A stretch of DNA of 33,270 nt from Chiloscyllium plagiosum (taxonomy: Eukaryota), in NCBI RefSeq assembly GCF_004010195.1, contig NW_025214417.1, forward strand, positions 1 through 33,270, in the 5' to 3' direction. A program made the position numbers and the translations under genes. A model generated the notes under the pieces. That model was not told the DNA's origin, ran no database searches, and saw only the letters and a program-made list of their open reading frames with translations. How positions within the stretch are numbered: position 1 is the first letter of the stretch; each line of letters begins with the position of its first letter. Below are positions 1-10,974 of the stretch, in pieces.

Positions 1-184
1 TGGCCTTCAGTCCAGAACAGGGCCCTACTCTCTCTATTCTCTCCATCATTCAATTCTCAATGTATTTAGTATATTTCCCCTTACTCAATCTCTGTTACAT
101 CCTTCACTCAGCTGTTTGCAACCACTGTGATAACATAAAATTTCTCGTTTTTTTTTAGCAGGACCTATTCACCCAGGGGTTTTG

Positions 185-545
185 GAAGGCGTTAATAAGG
201 GCAGAGTTTATTTGTCGTTGCCCATAGCTTTTGAAAAGGCTACAGCAAGCTGCCTACTTCAACCTCTTTAATTCGAGTGGTGCAGATCCACACAAAGCTG
301 TTTGTAGGTGAATTCCAACATTTTCAGCAAATGGTAACGAAGGAACAGCAAGTTAGTCCCTGATCAGCATGACATGCAATTTGGAAGATAACATGAAAAA
401 AATGCCTTTTCGATTGTTCCCATTTTCATTACAGGATATTCTCCAATTCCCATTAATCTATTTTTTATTTTGCTCAGGGCCCTTGATGCCATCCTCAGTC
501 AAATAATGTTTCGATTGAAAGGGAGGTCTTTTTGATCTAACCTCA
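185..545 (-). mobile_element. Heavily decayed CR1/L2-group LINE remnants (ORF2 3' end plus a more upstream piece)
   Basis: Resembles, from memory, the abundant elasmobranch LINE 3' end (gaattccaacatttt...gaaggaacagc...) and an upstream ORF2 segment (ctcagggcccttgatgccatcctcagtcaaat). No open frame remains. Confidence 0.4.
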
Positions 546-1150
546 AATTACATTGGAAGATCAATTGAAAGAATAAGGAGCAAAATAGAAGAATAACGTT
601 TGTAAGAAAAATATCCTCATAATATTTTTAAAAATGTATGGTCATCCGATTCTTTCAGAAGATGTTCGTCCTATTTTGTCATGAGGCTGTTTGGTTAAGC
701 ATTGTGAAAGAGGGACAGGAAGAAGCAGAACTTCATACCAATAGTGAGCAAAACCATTCCGTTCACTTTGCATCAGCCAGTGGCAAACATACTATTGTCG
801 GTTCTTTTTAGATCTTGATCATTCCAAATACATCATTCCCTGATGATCAGTCATAACACAGAAAGCAGTACCATCCAGCATCAAGTTGCAGATCGAAACG
901 GGAACATAACGCTCAGGTATAGAGGGAGTAACAGGGGAAGTGGCATGATATACAGTGCGACAAGTGTAAAGGGAGATGATCAGTGGAAGGTATGTAGCAG
1001 TGAAAGGGGCACTGCAAGGGAAGTAGGAGTGTAAGGAAAGCGTCGGAAGGGTAGGAGTAGAAAGGCAGAAATAACATCAGTGGCAGGGAAAATAATGTAT
1101 TTGAAAAAGCGAGATTGATGGGCAATCAAGCATGACTGTTCAATCAAATC

Positions 1151-1438
1151 GATTTGATTAAGTTCCCTTAAGTGTGGAAACAGATCCGTCGGCCCAACAA
1201 TTCCACACCGAGCTTCTGAAGAGTAACGCACCCAGACCTATTCCCTACCCTAAATATGCCCCCACTAATGTACCAAACACTGTGGGCAACTTAACATGGC
1301 CAGCATATCTTTGCATCGTGTGTGGAAACCGGAGCACACAGTGCAAACTCTGCATACACAGTGACCAGAGACTCGAATTGAACGTGCGTCCATGGCGCTG
1401 TGAGGCTGCCGTGATAACCGCTGAGCTACCTTGCAACC
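1151..1438 (-). mobile_element. HE1-type (V-SINE) tRNA-derived SINE, old copy
   Basis: The reverse complement aligns to the SINE at 14467-14787: tRNA-like head (ggtagctcagcggttatcac...gttcaattcg), gagtttgcac/gtgctccggtttcc core, tggccatgttaagttgccc, and the tail gttgggccga...ctgtttccacact with an aatc-like end. Confidence 0.8.
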
Positions 1439-2119
1439 AATTTCCCAATATTTTTGACGGGCTGATTTCTTTTGAAAGTTAAGACAAAAAATCTCATTTT
1501 TTAAAATAAAAAAATGATTCAGTCTGCGTTTATGTATCTCCATCAAGTAAACATAACATTTTCTTTCCTCCCCTCATGCGTTATATCAACATTTAATCAC
1601 TTTCTTAAAACAATGTTCAGAACTGCGGATGTTTTTGTTTTTTATTAATTTGCTTCCAGTTTCAACATAGGCATGAGAACGTGAATTGATCTTCTATATC
1701 GCTTTTATAATGCATAATATTTATCCTCATCGCTCTCGCTTTTTCAAAGAAACATAATGAATGAGACTATGTCCATCCTGCAGATGAAAGAAAATTCCTT
1801 CAGCTCTGAGTATTGCAGTGCAATTTACAAAGAAACATGCTGTTGACCCACAGAAAATAGAAATTTTGCAGTGCACGGTGCCAAAATCTAGTCCAAAATT
1901 AATAATGTAAAAGCTTTATGAATAATACACGCTGAGGGACGGAGTTCAAAAGCAGAATTCAGCTCCATGTCCAACATACTATCTGTGGCTCCCTCAAAAA
2001 AGTCCTCGACTGCAATTCAAGAAAATAAGAAAAACAAGAGTCTGGAATTCTCACCTTTTCCACTGCAACAACATCTGTAGACCAGGAAGAAAATCTAGTA
2101 TTTTTCCAGATAAATGTTA

Positions 2120-2640
2120 TGACAAAATCTGGCAGATAGAGCGGTTTTGGAGGATGATAAACAATGTTGTGGATGACACAATGATTAGCCGAGTGGTTCA
2201 CAGTGAGGAAGAACGTCTTATGTTACAAGAGGGTACAAACAGATGTTCAGGTGGCCAGATCAATGACTGATAAAAATTAACATTGATAAATGTGAGTTGC
2301 TGCACTTCAGAAGAAGTAACCACACAAGATAGTACTCAAGCCATGACGATAGGCGAGATTTGTTTTTGGAGCAGAGAAGGTTGAGGGGAGAACCAGACAG
2401 GGATGCATAATAGCATAAGAGGTATGGATAGAATGACCATTCAGCAGCCGTTCCACTTAGTCAAAGGGTTAAAAACCGAGGGGATACACGTCTTAAGTGA
2501 AAGGGAAGATATTGAGAGAGGATTTTTGGAATCAGTTTTGAACCCAGACAATGGTATGTGTCCACTACGCATTGCATGGGAGGGTGGTTGTGGAAGGAAA
2601 CTTACAGACTTTATAAAGCACTTGAATCAGCACTTGATGG
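2120..2640 (+). mobile_element. Decayed CR1 LINE ORF2 fragments (RT C-terminal part and 3' region)
   Basis: Remnants of DDT..SEE..LQ..DKCE.LHF (gatgacaca, agtgaggaagaa, gataaatgtgagttgctgcacttc) and LEQRRLRG (ttggagcagagaaggttgagggga). Confidence 0.65.
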
Positions 2641-2797
2641 TACTGACTCGATGGACATTTTCATTATTACGTGATTTGTGTGGTGGTAGATGTGCAAACT
2701 CTGAAACATTCTGAAGCATCAGCCACTGGTACTTGTTAGTTTGCCCCGTCGGACCGTGCTCAGTAAGAGCCAATATTACAAATCAGTATCATCCTAT

Positions 2798-4185
2798 GGA
2801 GCGTGGACTGCGATGCTGGAGATTAGAGTCAAGATTCGAGTAGTGCTGTAAAAGCACAGCTGATCAGGCTGCTTTCGTGGAGCAGGAAAATCGACGTTTC
2901 CGGCAGGAGTCCATCGTCAGGAATAAGGCTGGAAGCCTCGGGTGTGGAGAGATAAATGGGAGAGTTTGGGGCTGGGGGCAAGGTAATTTAGAGTGTAATA
3001 TGTGGATGGTGGAAGAGGTAAAGGTGATAGGACGGAGAGGAGCGTGGAGCAGATAGGTGGGAAGAAAGATTGACAGTTGGGACAGACTTTGAGCATGGTG
3101 CTGAGCTGGACGTTTGGAACTAGGGTAGGGTGAAGGAGGGGAAATCGGTAAACTGGTGACATCCACGTTCATGCACTGGGGTTGACAGGTTACAAGGCCG
3201 AAGGTGAATGGCAGTGGAGGAGGCTCAGGACATGAAAGTCCTCGGCAGATGGAGGGTGAATTGAAATGTTCAGCCACACGACGGTGTGGTTGATTGGTGC
3301 GGATGTCCCAGAGATGTTCCCTGAAGTGCTCTGCGAGAAGACATCCAGTCTCCCTAATTTAAAGGAGACTACCTTGGGAGCAAAAGGCACCATAAGTGAC
3401 ATTTGTGGATGTGCCAGTGAAATTCTAATGGACGTGGAAGGCTCCTTTGTAGCCTTGCATGGATGTGAGGGAAAAGGTGTGGGCGCAGGTTTTGAAATTC
3501 CTGCGGTGGCAGGGGAAGGTGCCAGGGAGGGAGAGTGGGTTGTTGGGGGGCGGGGACACGAACGGAACTGTCTTTGTGGAAAGCAGGTAAGACTGTGGTG
3601 GGGAATATATCCCTCGCAGTGGGGTGTGTTTGTAGGTGGGGGAAATGTCGGCGGATGATGCGGTTTATGCAGAGGTTTGTGGGCTGGAAGGTATGGAGCA
3701 GCAGGGTCTGCCTTGTTGAGGTTGGAGGGGTGGGTTTTGAGGGTGGCGGTGCCCGACGTGGATGAGATGCGTTGGAGGGTATCTTCAACCACATGGAAGG
3801 GGAAATTACGGTCTTTAAAGAAGATTGACAACTGGTGTAGTCTGTGGTAGAAATGGTCATCCTGGGACCAGATACGCCAGAGACGGAGGAATTGGGAATA
3901 GGGGATAGCAATTTTGCAGGAGGTTTGGTGGGAGGAGATGTCGTCTGGATTGCTGTGCGAGTTGTTGGATTTGTAAAAATTGTCGGTTTTTAAATCAGTC
4001 GTCATTGATGGAGATGGAGAGGTCGAGGAAGGGCAGAGAAATGTCAGAGATGAACCATGTGAAGCTAAGTTCGGGTTGGAATGTGTCTGTCAAATTGATG
4101 AACTGCTCAACCTCTTCGTGGGAGCACGAGGTGGCGCCGATGCAGTCATCAAAGTAACAGAGGAAAAGGTGGGGAGTGATGCTGT
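2798..4185 (-). mobile_element. Neptune-like Penelope-like element, 5'-truncated (RT end, GIY-YIG region, 3' terminal repeat with decayed hammerhead)
   Basis: YFDD at 4145-4156 (minus), IPYSQFLRLWRIWSQ..FFKDRNFP, frameshifted endonuclease region, pyrimidine-rich 3' UTR, and terminal segment with ctgacga...gaaacgtc at 2893-2920. Confidence 0.85.
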
Positions 4186-4400
4186 TTTGAGGTCTCTGGG
4201 TTTATGCTCGTCGAATTTTAGGATGCCGAGCGTCTAATTGAAACATACAGAAGAATGAATGCCTGGTCTGTGTAGATATTGGGAAGATGCTTCCATTGTT
4301 AGTAGAGAAAGGGCCAAAGACGTAGCCTCAGAGGTAATGGGAGATCTTTCAGAACGGAGATTACGGAAACATCTTTGATCACAGAGTGGCAAATCCATGC
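4186..4400 (+). mobile_element. Decayed CR1 ORF2 C-terminal fragment
   Basis: Remnants of LGLYSLEFRR..LIETY..GKMFPL..FRTE.R; homologous to the CR1 at 21632-22075. Confidence 0.75.
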
Positions 4401-4407
4401 AAAGAGT

Positions 4408-4598
4408 AATATTTTCCTTCCATAAAGGACATGAATGAACCAGGTGAGTTTTTCCAGGCTATCGATTCATTGTCACAATCAGTTTCTTAATTCGAGATTT
4501 GAATTCAAGCGTCGCCATTTCCATGGCAGGCTTAAAACCCTGGTCACCAGAACATTATCTGCGTTTCTCGATTAAGAATTCAGCGATAACACTGGGCC
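4408..4598 (-). mobile_element. Second tRNA-derived shark SINE family (5' half), decayed
   Basis: Reverse complement reads ggcccagtgttatcgctg...taatgttctggtgaccagggttttaagcctgccatgg...ttgaattcaaatctcgaattaagaa...ctggttcattcatgtcctttatggaaggaaa, a tRNA-like head of a common elasmobranch SINE (recognised from memory). Confidence 0.6.
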
Positions 4599-4599
4599 C

Positions 4600-4900
4600 A
4601 ATCCTCCAGATTGTGACTGACTTGTAACGTATGCCATGCCCTAGTTTTTGCCTTTATGTTATCCATGACTTCCTTGTCAACACATGGATAATTTTTCATC
4701 GTTATTGAATTCTTATTCGGTTTTTCGTATCTCCCTATATACTTGCCAAATTTCATCATCTGTCCTGCCCCTGACGGTTTTATTTTCTTCTTCACAGTCC
4801 ACCAAGGCCAAATCCTTCCGTTGGTCTGTACAATTATCATTACCCAATACTAAAATTCTCAAATGTGACTCTGTCCTCACTCTTGCAGTCTGAATTTCAC
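4600..4900 (-). mobile_element. Decayed CR1 ORF2 fragment (linker between endonuclease and RT)
   Basis: Translations LALVDCEE..GRTDDEIWQVYREI and YPCVDKEVMDNIKAKTRAW..EDW resemble the CR1 VDW..W..F and PW..K..K..A..EDW segments. Confidence 0.6.
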
Positions 4901-5538
4901 ACTCCAGCATAGCTTTGTCAAGTTGATTAATTGAGTCAATATTCTTGTTCAAACCCTCACTATTTCCCCTTTGGAGGGACGGTGGCTGAAAATTAATCTT
5001 CACCAGTGGTTTCATTCTTTGCTTTTTATTTGCACTAAGACTGATTTCAAACATTTTGTATTGGCACAAGACTCTTTGAAAAAGTCTGACTTTTCACTCT
5101 CACAAACAAATGTTAATCGTTTTTGTCACTAACTACATTTCTCTTTAAATGTCATTCATTATAAAAATAGCAAGTGAATTTGATTGCAAACCATTTATTA
5201 TTTTACAGTGCATGTCAAGTTATTGTCATTTCTAAATTGTTAGCAAATAATTGAAGCTCACATATTTAGGGCCAGAAATTAAGTTGATTTATTATAGTTA
5301 AATGTTCTAGAATGCTAATTCTATTTGATTGTTCCATCGTTTGCTCACTCTCAATATGTAATCATTCGGATGCCAACCACTTTGCGAACGACAGTGCATT
5401 GATATATACATTTGAATGCTAACAGTCAATGTGCAAGTGTGATCACCGGGATAGTTAGGCATGCGCATTTTCCGGTTCAAAATAAAATGTGCATTCTTTA
5501 TTTTTGTGTCATATAATGTTGACAGATATTTATGCAAG

Positions 5539-6256
5539 GTTTGTGAAGGATTGTAGCACAGGTTGAGGTTTAGACCAAACACAGCCAGAAACCCTAACCA
5601 CCTTAGCATACATCAAAGATGTTTCGGAAATGACAGCCAGAATTCTAAGACCCTTAGGAATCCCAGTAGCATACAAACCCACCAACACTCTCAAAAAAAA
5701 CTAATAAACTTATAAGACTCAGCACAACCCATTGACAAAACCAACGTCATCTACAAAATTCCATGCAAGGACTGCCACAAACACTACATAGGACAAACAG
5801 GAAGAAAGTTAGCCACCAGGTTACACGAACACCAGTGAACCACAAAAACACACGACCCTCTCTCCCTCATAGCCCTACACACGGATGAAAAAAAACACCA
5901 TTTCGACTGGGACAACACATCTATCCTGGGAAAGGTTAAGCAAAGACATGCCAGAGAATTCCTAGAGGCCTGGCACTCCACCCACAACGCCACAAACAAA
6001 CACATGGATCCAGATGCTATCTATTAACCTCTCAGAAAATGAACAGGAAATGACATCACCACAAACCCCAGGAACCCCATACAGAATAATGAATGCCTGG
6101 TCTGTGTAGATATTGGGAAGATGCTTCCATTGTTAGTTGAGAAAGGGCCAAAGACGTAGCCTCAGAGGTAATGGGAGATCTTTCAGAACGGAGATTACGG
6201 AAACATATTCGATCACAGAGTGGCAAATCCAGTTCTGCGAGCAAACCTACACCCAT
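5539..6256 (+). mobile_element. Poseidon-like Penelope-like element, 3' portion with GIY-YIG endonuclease; probable short inverted terminal piece at 5539-5573
   Basis: YIKDVSEMTARILRPLGIPVAYKPTNTLK and NVIYKIPCKDCHKHYIGQTGRKLATRLHEHQ (GIY-YIG), then EFLEAWHS. The terminus gcgagcaaacctaca matches the reverse complement of 20150-20165. Confidence 0.88.
6078..6231 (+). repeat. 154-bp local direct duplication of 4244-4397
   Basis: Ungapped match at offset 1834 with 4 mismatches in 154 nt (counted by eye). Confidence 0.95.
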
Positions 6257-7011
6257 AGGTGTTTATATTTTTATCCATAAATGTAGAATCAACTTAATTA
6301 TTTTCAATTCTTGTTAAGTTGAATGATCATAATTCATATCTGGCTTTTTCCCAATACACAACATGGCAAACAACTGATTACTGTTCGGGTTAGTAAATTC
6401 ATCACTTGCAAACATGACCTGCATAAAAATGGATTACAAAAGGCCTGAATTCAGGCACAATTCTACTGAACTTCACAGCTGCCTGTGATACTGAATGATG
6501 CACTGGTCTGCTCCTGAATCTGCCCAGAGAGTTTCCAAACTGCATCAGGGCAGTCATTCAAACATTCCTTCACAACAAATCATTTGGAGTCCACCTTTGG
6601 AAGGGGTAAACTAGCCAACAGACTATCACCAGTCTGAATGTCGGAATAAATGCTGTTTAAGTTAGATACCAATGTCTGACCAGCAACCATGTCTTCCAAA
6701 TTCCTCTTCAGTCAGAGCCTGGCCTAGCGAGCAGTCGTACGGACAGGAGTTTCGGAATCACATCGCAGAAGTTACTTTATGGTGTNNNNNNNNNNNNNNN
6801 NNNNNNNNNNNNNNNNNNNNNNNNNNNNNGATTTTGTCTGGTGTAGATAAACACACAGGTTTATCTACCTATGGCACTGAGTTCAATGTAATAATGTCCT
6901 CCATAACTGGAAGAATCGGCCTAAAGCTCTTCCCCAGCTTCCTGACCTCACACACCTCACTCCCAAACATGTTCACCAATTGATAAGAACCCACAAATGG
7001 GGAGACACTTG

Positions 7012-8570
7012 AAGCATAGAACAGTAGACCACAGTGCAGACCCTACGGTCTTCATGTTGTGCCGGCCTTTTGTCCTATGCTAAATTCAGACTACCCTCCA
7101 TATCCTTCATTGTACTACCTTCCATGTGCCTACCGATCAATCGCTTAAATGTCCCTAATGTATCAGACTCTACGATACTGTCAGCAGTGCAATCCACGCA
7201 CTCACCAATTTCTGTTAAAAGAATCTAACTATGACATCTCCCCGAAACCTTCCTCCAATCACTTTAATATTATGCCCCCTCACGATAAACATGTCTGCCC
7301 TTGAAAAAACGTGTCTGGCTATCCACGCTATCTATGACGTCAACATCTCATACACCTCTATCAAGTCATCTCTCATCCTTCTTTTCTCCAATGTGAAAAT
7401 CATTAGCTCCCTCAATCTTTCTTCATGAGACATGCCCACCAGTCCAGGCAGTATCCTGTTAACTATCCTCTGCACTCTCTCTAGAACTTCCACATCCTTT
7501 GCACAATGAGGCGTCAGAACTGAACACAATATTCCAAGTGAGATGTAAGCAACGTTCGAAAGAGCTGCAGCAAAACATCGCGACTTTCAAACACAATCCC
7601 CCTGCTAACGAAAGCCTAAACGACACAGGACTTCTTAATAACCTTATCAACTTGGGTGGCAACTCTCCGTGATCTGTGTACATGGACCACAAGATGCCCA
7701 CGTTCCTCCATACTGCAAAGAACCCTGCCTTTATACCCGTATTCTGCATTCAAATTCGACCATCCAAAACAAATCGCTTCTAACCTTTCCTGGTTGAACT
7801 GAAACTCCCACTTCTCAGCCCAGTTCTGCATCCGTTCAATGTCCCGTTACAACCTGCAACAGCCCTCTGCAGTACCCCCAACTCAACCAACCTTCGTTTC
7901 ATTGGTCAACTTTCTACCCACACTTCCAGGTCCTCATCCAAGTTATTTATCAAATTTACAAGCAGTAGTGGTCCCAAAACGTATCCCTGTGGAACACCAC
8001 TTTTCTGCGACCTCCAGGCTGAATACGTTTCATCTACTACACCCCCTGCCTTCTATGGGCCAGCCAATTTTGTATCCAGACGGCCAGATTTCCCTGTATC
8101 CCATGCCGCCTTACTTTTTGAATGAGCCTACCACGGAAACCTTATCAAACATGTTGCTAAAATCCATGTACATCATATCCACTGCTCTACCTTCAATAAT
8201 GTGTTTTGTCACATCCTCAAAGAATTCAATAAGGTTTGTGTGGAATGACCTGCACCTCACAAAGCCATCCTGATTATGTCTAATCAAACTGTGGTTTTAA
8301 AATTAATTATAAATACTGTCACTCCAACAGTTTGCCTACGCCTGACGTAGTACTAACACGTCTGTTATTTCCATAATCATCCCTATTCCTTTTTCTGAAT
8401 AAGGAAGTGACATGTTCCCACCTCCAAACATGTGGCACTCCTGCATTGACAGTGAGGAAACAAAGATCCTTGCTAAAGGCGCAGCAATATATCTGCTCGC
8501 TTCCTGTCATAATCTCGAGAAATCTGCAGTATGCTCGAAATTGACCAGGGGATTTATCTATCGTTATGTT
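7012..8570 (-). mobile_element. CR1 LINE, 5'-truncated, RT region to 3' tail
   Basis: PHCAKDVEVLERVQR, LEKRRMRDDLIEVY, WAEKWEFQFN and VTSLFRK..GNNRRVSTTSGVGKLLE on the minus strand; gttctat-type tail near 7015. Confidence 0.9.
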
Positions 8571-8719
8571 TGTGCTTCACCTCCATAAGCCCTATTTAAA
8601 TAACTGATAAACTGCTTTCCATTTTAGTGCAATATTCAGTGCTGCCTTCCTTGAACAAGTATCGTTCCCAATCACGTTGAATCATGAAATGGAAAATAAT
8701 GGGAAGGCACGAATGCCTG

Positions 8720-8848
8720 TATAATGAAGGCTTATGTGTAAAACGCTAACAATCGTGCTTCTTGGATGCTGCCTGACTTGTCGTGCTTTTCCAGCGCCAT
8801 ACGTTTCGACTGGGAATCTTCAGCAACTGCAGTCCTCACTTTGTCCTT
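8720..8848 (+). mobile_element. Solo Neptune-like PLE 3' terminal segment (decayed), tail-to-tail with the next element
   Basis: ggatgctgcctgacttgtcgtgctttttccagcgcca...ctgcagtcctcactttgtcct aligns with 32910-33000 and is the inverted complement of 8860-8925. Confidence 0.8.
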
Positions 8849-9431
8849 TACTGAGGGGTGAGTCGGAGAGTGTGGTGCTGGAAAACCACAAATGGTCAGG
8901 CAGCATCTGAAGAACAGGGGAATCGATGTTTCAAGCACAAGCTCTTCAACAGGAATTAGACTTGTGGCCCAAAGGGGCTGAGAGATGAGGAGGAGGATTG
9001 TGGGGCTGGACAGAAGATAGCTGGAAATGCGAAAGATAGAGGACAGTGGGTGGAGGTAATCCTTTGCAGAGAAGGTTGGAGCATATATGTGAGAAGGAAG
9101 ATGGACAGGGAGGATAGTTCGTCGTTTGGGCAGTGCTGAGTTAGAAGGTTGGATTTCGGGCAATATGGGGGCGTGGATAAATGAGAAAGCTGATGAAATC
9201 CACATTGATCACATATTGTTGGAGAGTTTTAAGGTGGAAGATGACGCGTTCTTCCATCAGATGTGAGGTGGTTAGGGTTTGACCGTGAAGGAGGCCCAGG
9301 ACATGTGTCCTTGGCGGAGTGGGAGGGGCTTTAAAGTGTTTGATCTCAGGGTGGTGGGGTTATTTCATACGTGTGCCCCCGAGATGTTTTCTGGAATGTT
9401 CCATGTTTTGCTGTCCTGTCTACTGAATGAA

Positions 9432-9569
9432 AAGGTAAGAACAATGATTGTAGATGCTATAAGCCAGAATCTCGTAAAGAGTGGTGCTGGAAAAGCACAG
9501 CAGATCAGGGAGCGTCTGAGGAGCAGTAAAATCGACGTTTCGGGCAAAAGCCCTTCATCAGGAATACAG
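9432..9569 (-). mobile_element. Hammerhead-containing PLE mini-insertion with target-site duplication
   Basis: Same terminal family as 13485-13597 and 20838-20967; flanked by ctgaatgaaaaggt (9423-9436) and ctgaatgaagaggt (9570-9583). Confidence 0.85.
9534..9561 (-). ncRNA. Minimal type I hammerhead ribozyme, intact catalytic core
   Basis: Minus strand reads CUGAUGA-A-GGGC-UUUU-GCCC-GAAAC-GUC: conserved CUGANGA and GAAA boxes, a perfect 4-bp stem II, a palindromic ACGU mini-stem III and a GUC cleavage triplet. Stem I is short and imperfect. Confidence 0.85.
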
Positions 9570-9994
9570 CTGAATGAAGAGGTCACCACAACGAGTGGGA
9601 CGGGCACAGTAGATGGCACGTGCGAAAGTATAGGTGAATCTCTGTCAGATGTGAGACAGTCCCATTGGAGCCGTGGGCGGAACTGTGGGGGAGGGGTAAC
9701 ACGTCTTGCGGTTGAAGGCGGAGGTGCCGGGAGTGGAGGGTGTATTGGCGTGGGGGTGCTTCGAACTGACAAGGGGGTCAGGGAGGGAATGCAGATACGT
9801 GTGGGCAGGAAGGCATATATCTGATGGTATGGTCTGTTCCAAAGTGGCGAAAATGGTGGAGGGTGATGCGATGCATCCGCAGGTTGCTTGGATTGAAGGG
9901 GAGAATTGTGTGGGGGTGTTCCATTCTTGTTACGAGTGGAGATGTGTGAAGTGCAGGAGATGCGCTGGGAGCACCGTCGACGTTGTGAGCAGTT

Positions 9995-10632
9995 TATGAT
10001 CAATCCAAGACGTATTTTACGTGTATTAGAAGAAAGAAAATAGCAAGAGATAGAATAGGACCACTTAATATCCAAATTGGAACTGTGTGGAAACATAGGA
10101 GATGGAAGAGGGCCTCAACGAAAGTTTCTCCTCTAGGTTTACTGTGGAGAAAGACATGAAGAGTTGGAAAATTGGGGAAGTTAGTTGTGATATCTAAGAG
10201 ACATTCTTTTTCACAGGAGAAAAGGTGTTGGACTTTCTAAAATGTATGAAGGGAGAAAGATCTCACGGTCCTTACTAGATAAAAACAAGAACAGTGCAAG
10301 AGACAACAGCAGAATTTGCTGGGCCCCTGGCTGATAACTGAGATCATCATTAACCACAGGAGACATTGCAGAAGACTAGGGGATCGCAAATGTTGTGCCC
10401 CAATTCAAGAAGGACTGGGAAAAATAGCTGAAAACATAGACCACTAAGCATATTGTCTGTGGTTGGTAAGTTAATTTAGAAGGTTCTCAAGGATAATATA
10501 TACATGCATTTGAAATGACAGGGCTTGATTAGAAATAGTAAACATGGCTACGTGCATGCAAGTTCATGCCGAACTTTTAAAAAAAAAATTCTTTGATGAA
10601 TTGATCATGAAGCTTGACGAGGGTTGTGCGGT
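9995..10632 (+). mobile_element. Decayed CR1 ORF2 fragment (pre-RT and RT start)
   Basis: Remnants of RIGPL, ANVVP.FKK, RPLSILSVVGKL, LIRNSKHG and FFDEL...DEGCAV. Confidence 0.8.
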
Positions 10633-10970
10633 AGAACATAGAATATAGAACAATACAGCGTAGCACAGACCCTTCGGCCCTCAATGTTGCGCCGACCTGA
10701 TAACTATTCTCAGCTCGTCTCCCTACACTATCCCATCATCATCCATCTGTTTATCCAATGATTGTTTAAATCACCCTAATGTGGCTGAGTTAACTACATT
10801 AGCGGTTGTGGCATTCCACTCTCTCTCCACTCTCTGAGTAAAGAGCCTATCTCTGACATCTGTCTTAAAATGCCCCCTCGTAGAAGCTGATGTCATCATC
10901 CTAGGAAAAAAGACTTTTACGGTGTAAACCTATCTAATCCTCTGATCATCTTGTATGTCTCTATCAAATC
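10633..10970 (-). mobile_element. CR1 LINE 3' end
   Basis: (agaacat)n-type tail, cccttcggccc stem region and DLIETYKMIRGLDR on the minus strand. Confidence 0.85.
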
Positions 10971-10974
10971 TTAA

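Larger units (their letters stand above)
8855..9990 (-). mobile_element. Neptune-like PLE 3' fragment, interrupted by a younger terminal-repeat insertion at 9432-9569
   Basis: Collinear with 2830-3800 and 10975-12370; decayed hammerhead at 8925-8952. Confidence 0.8.

Noticed and set aside
659..916. Possible plus-strand exon (ttctttcag| ... cag|gt)
   Set aside because: All three frames contain stops and I recognise no protein similarity.
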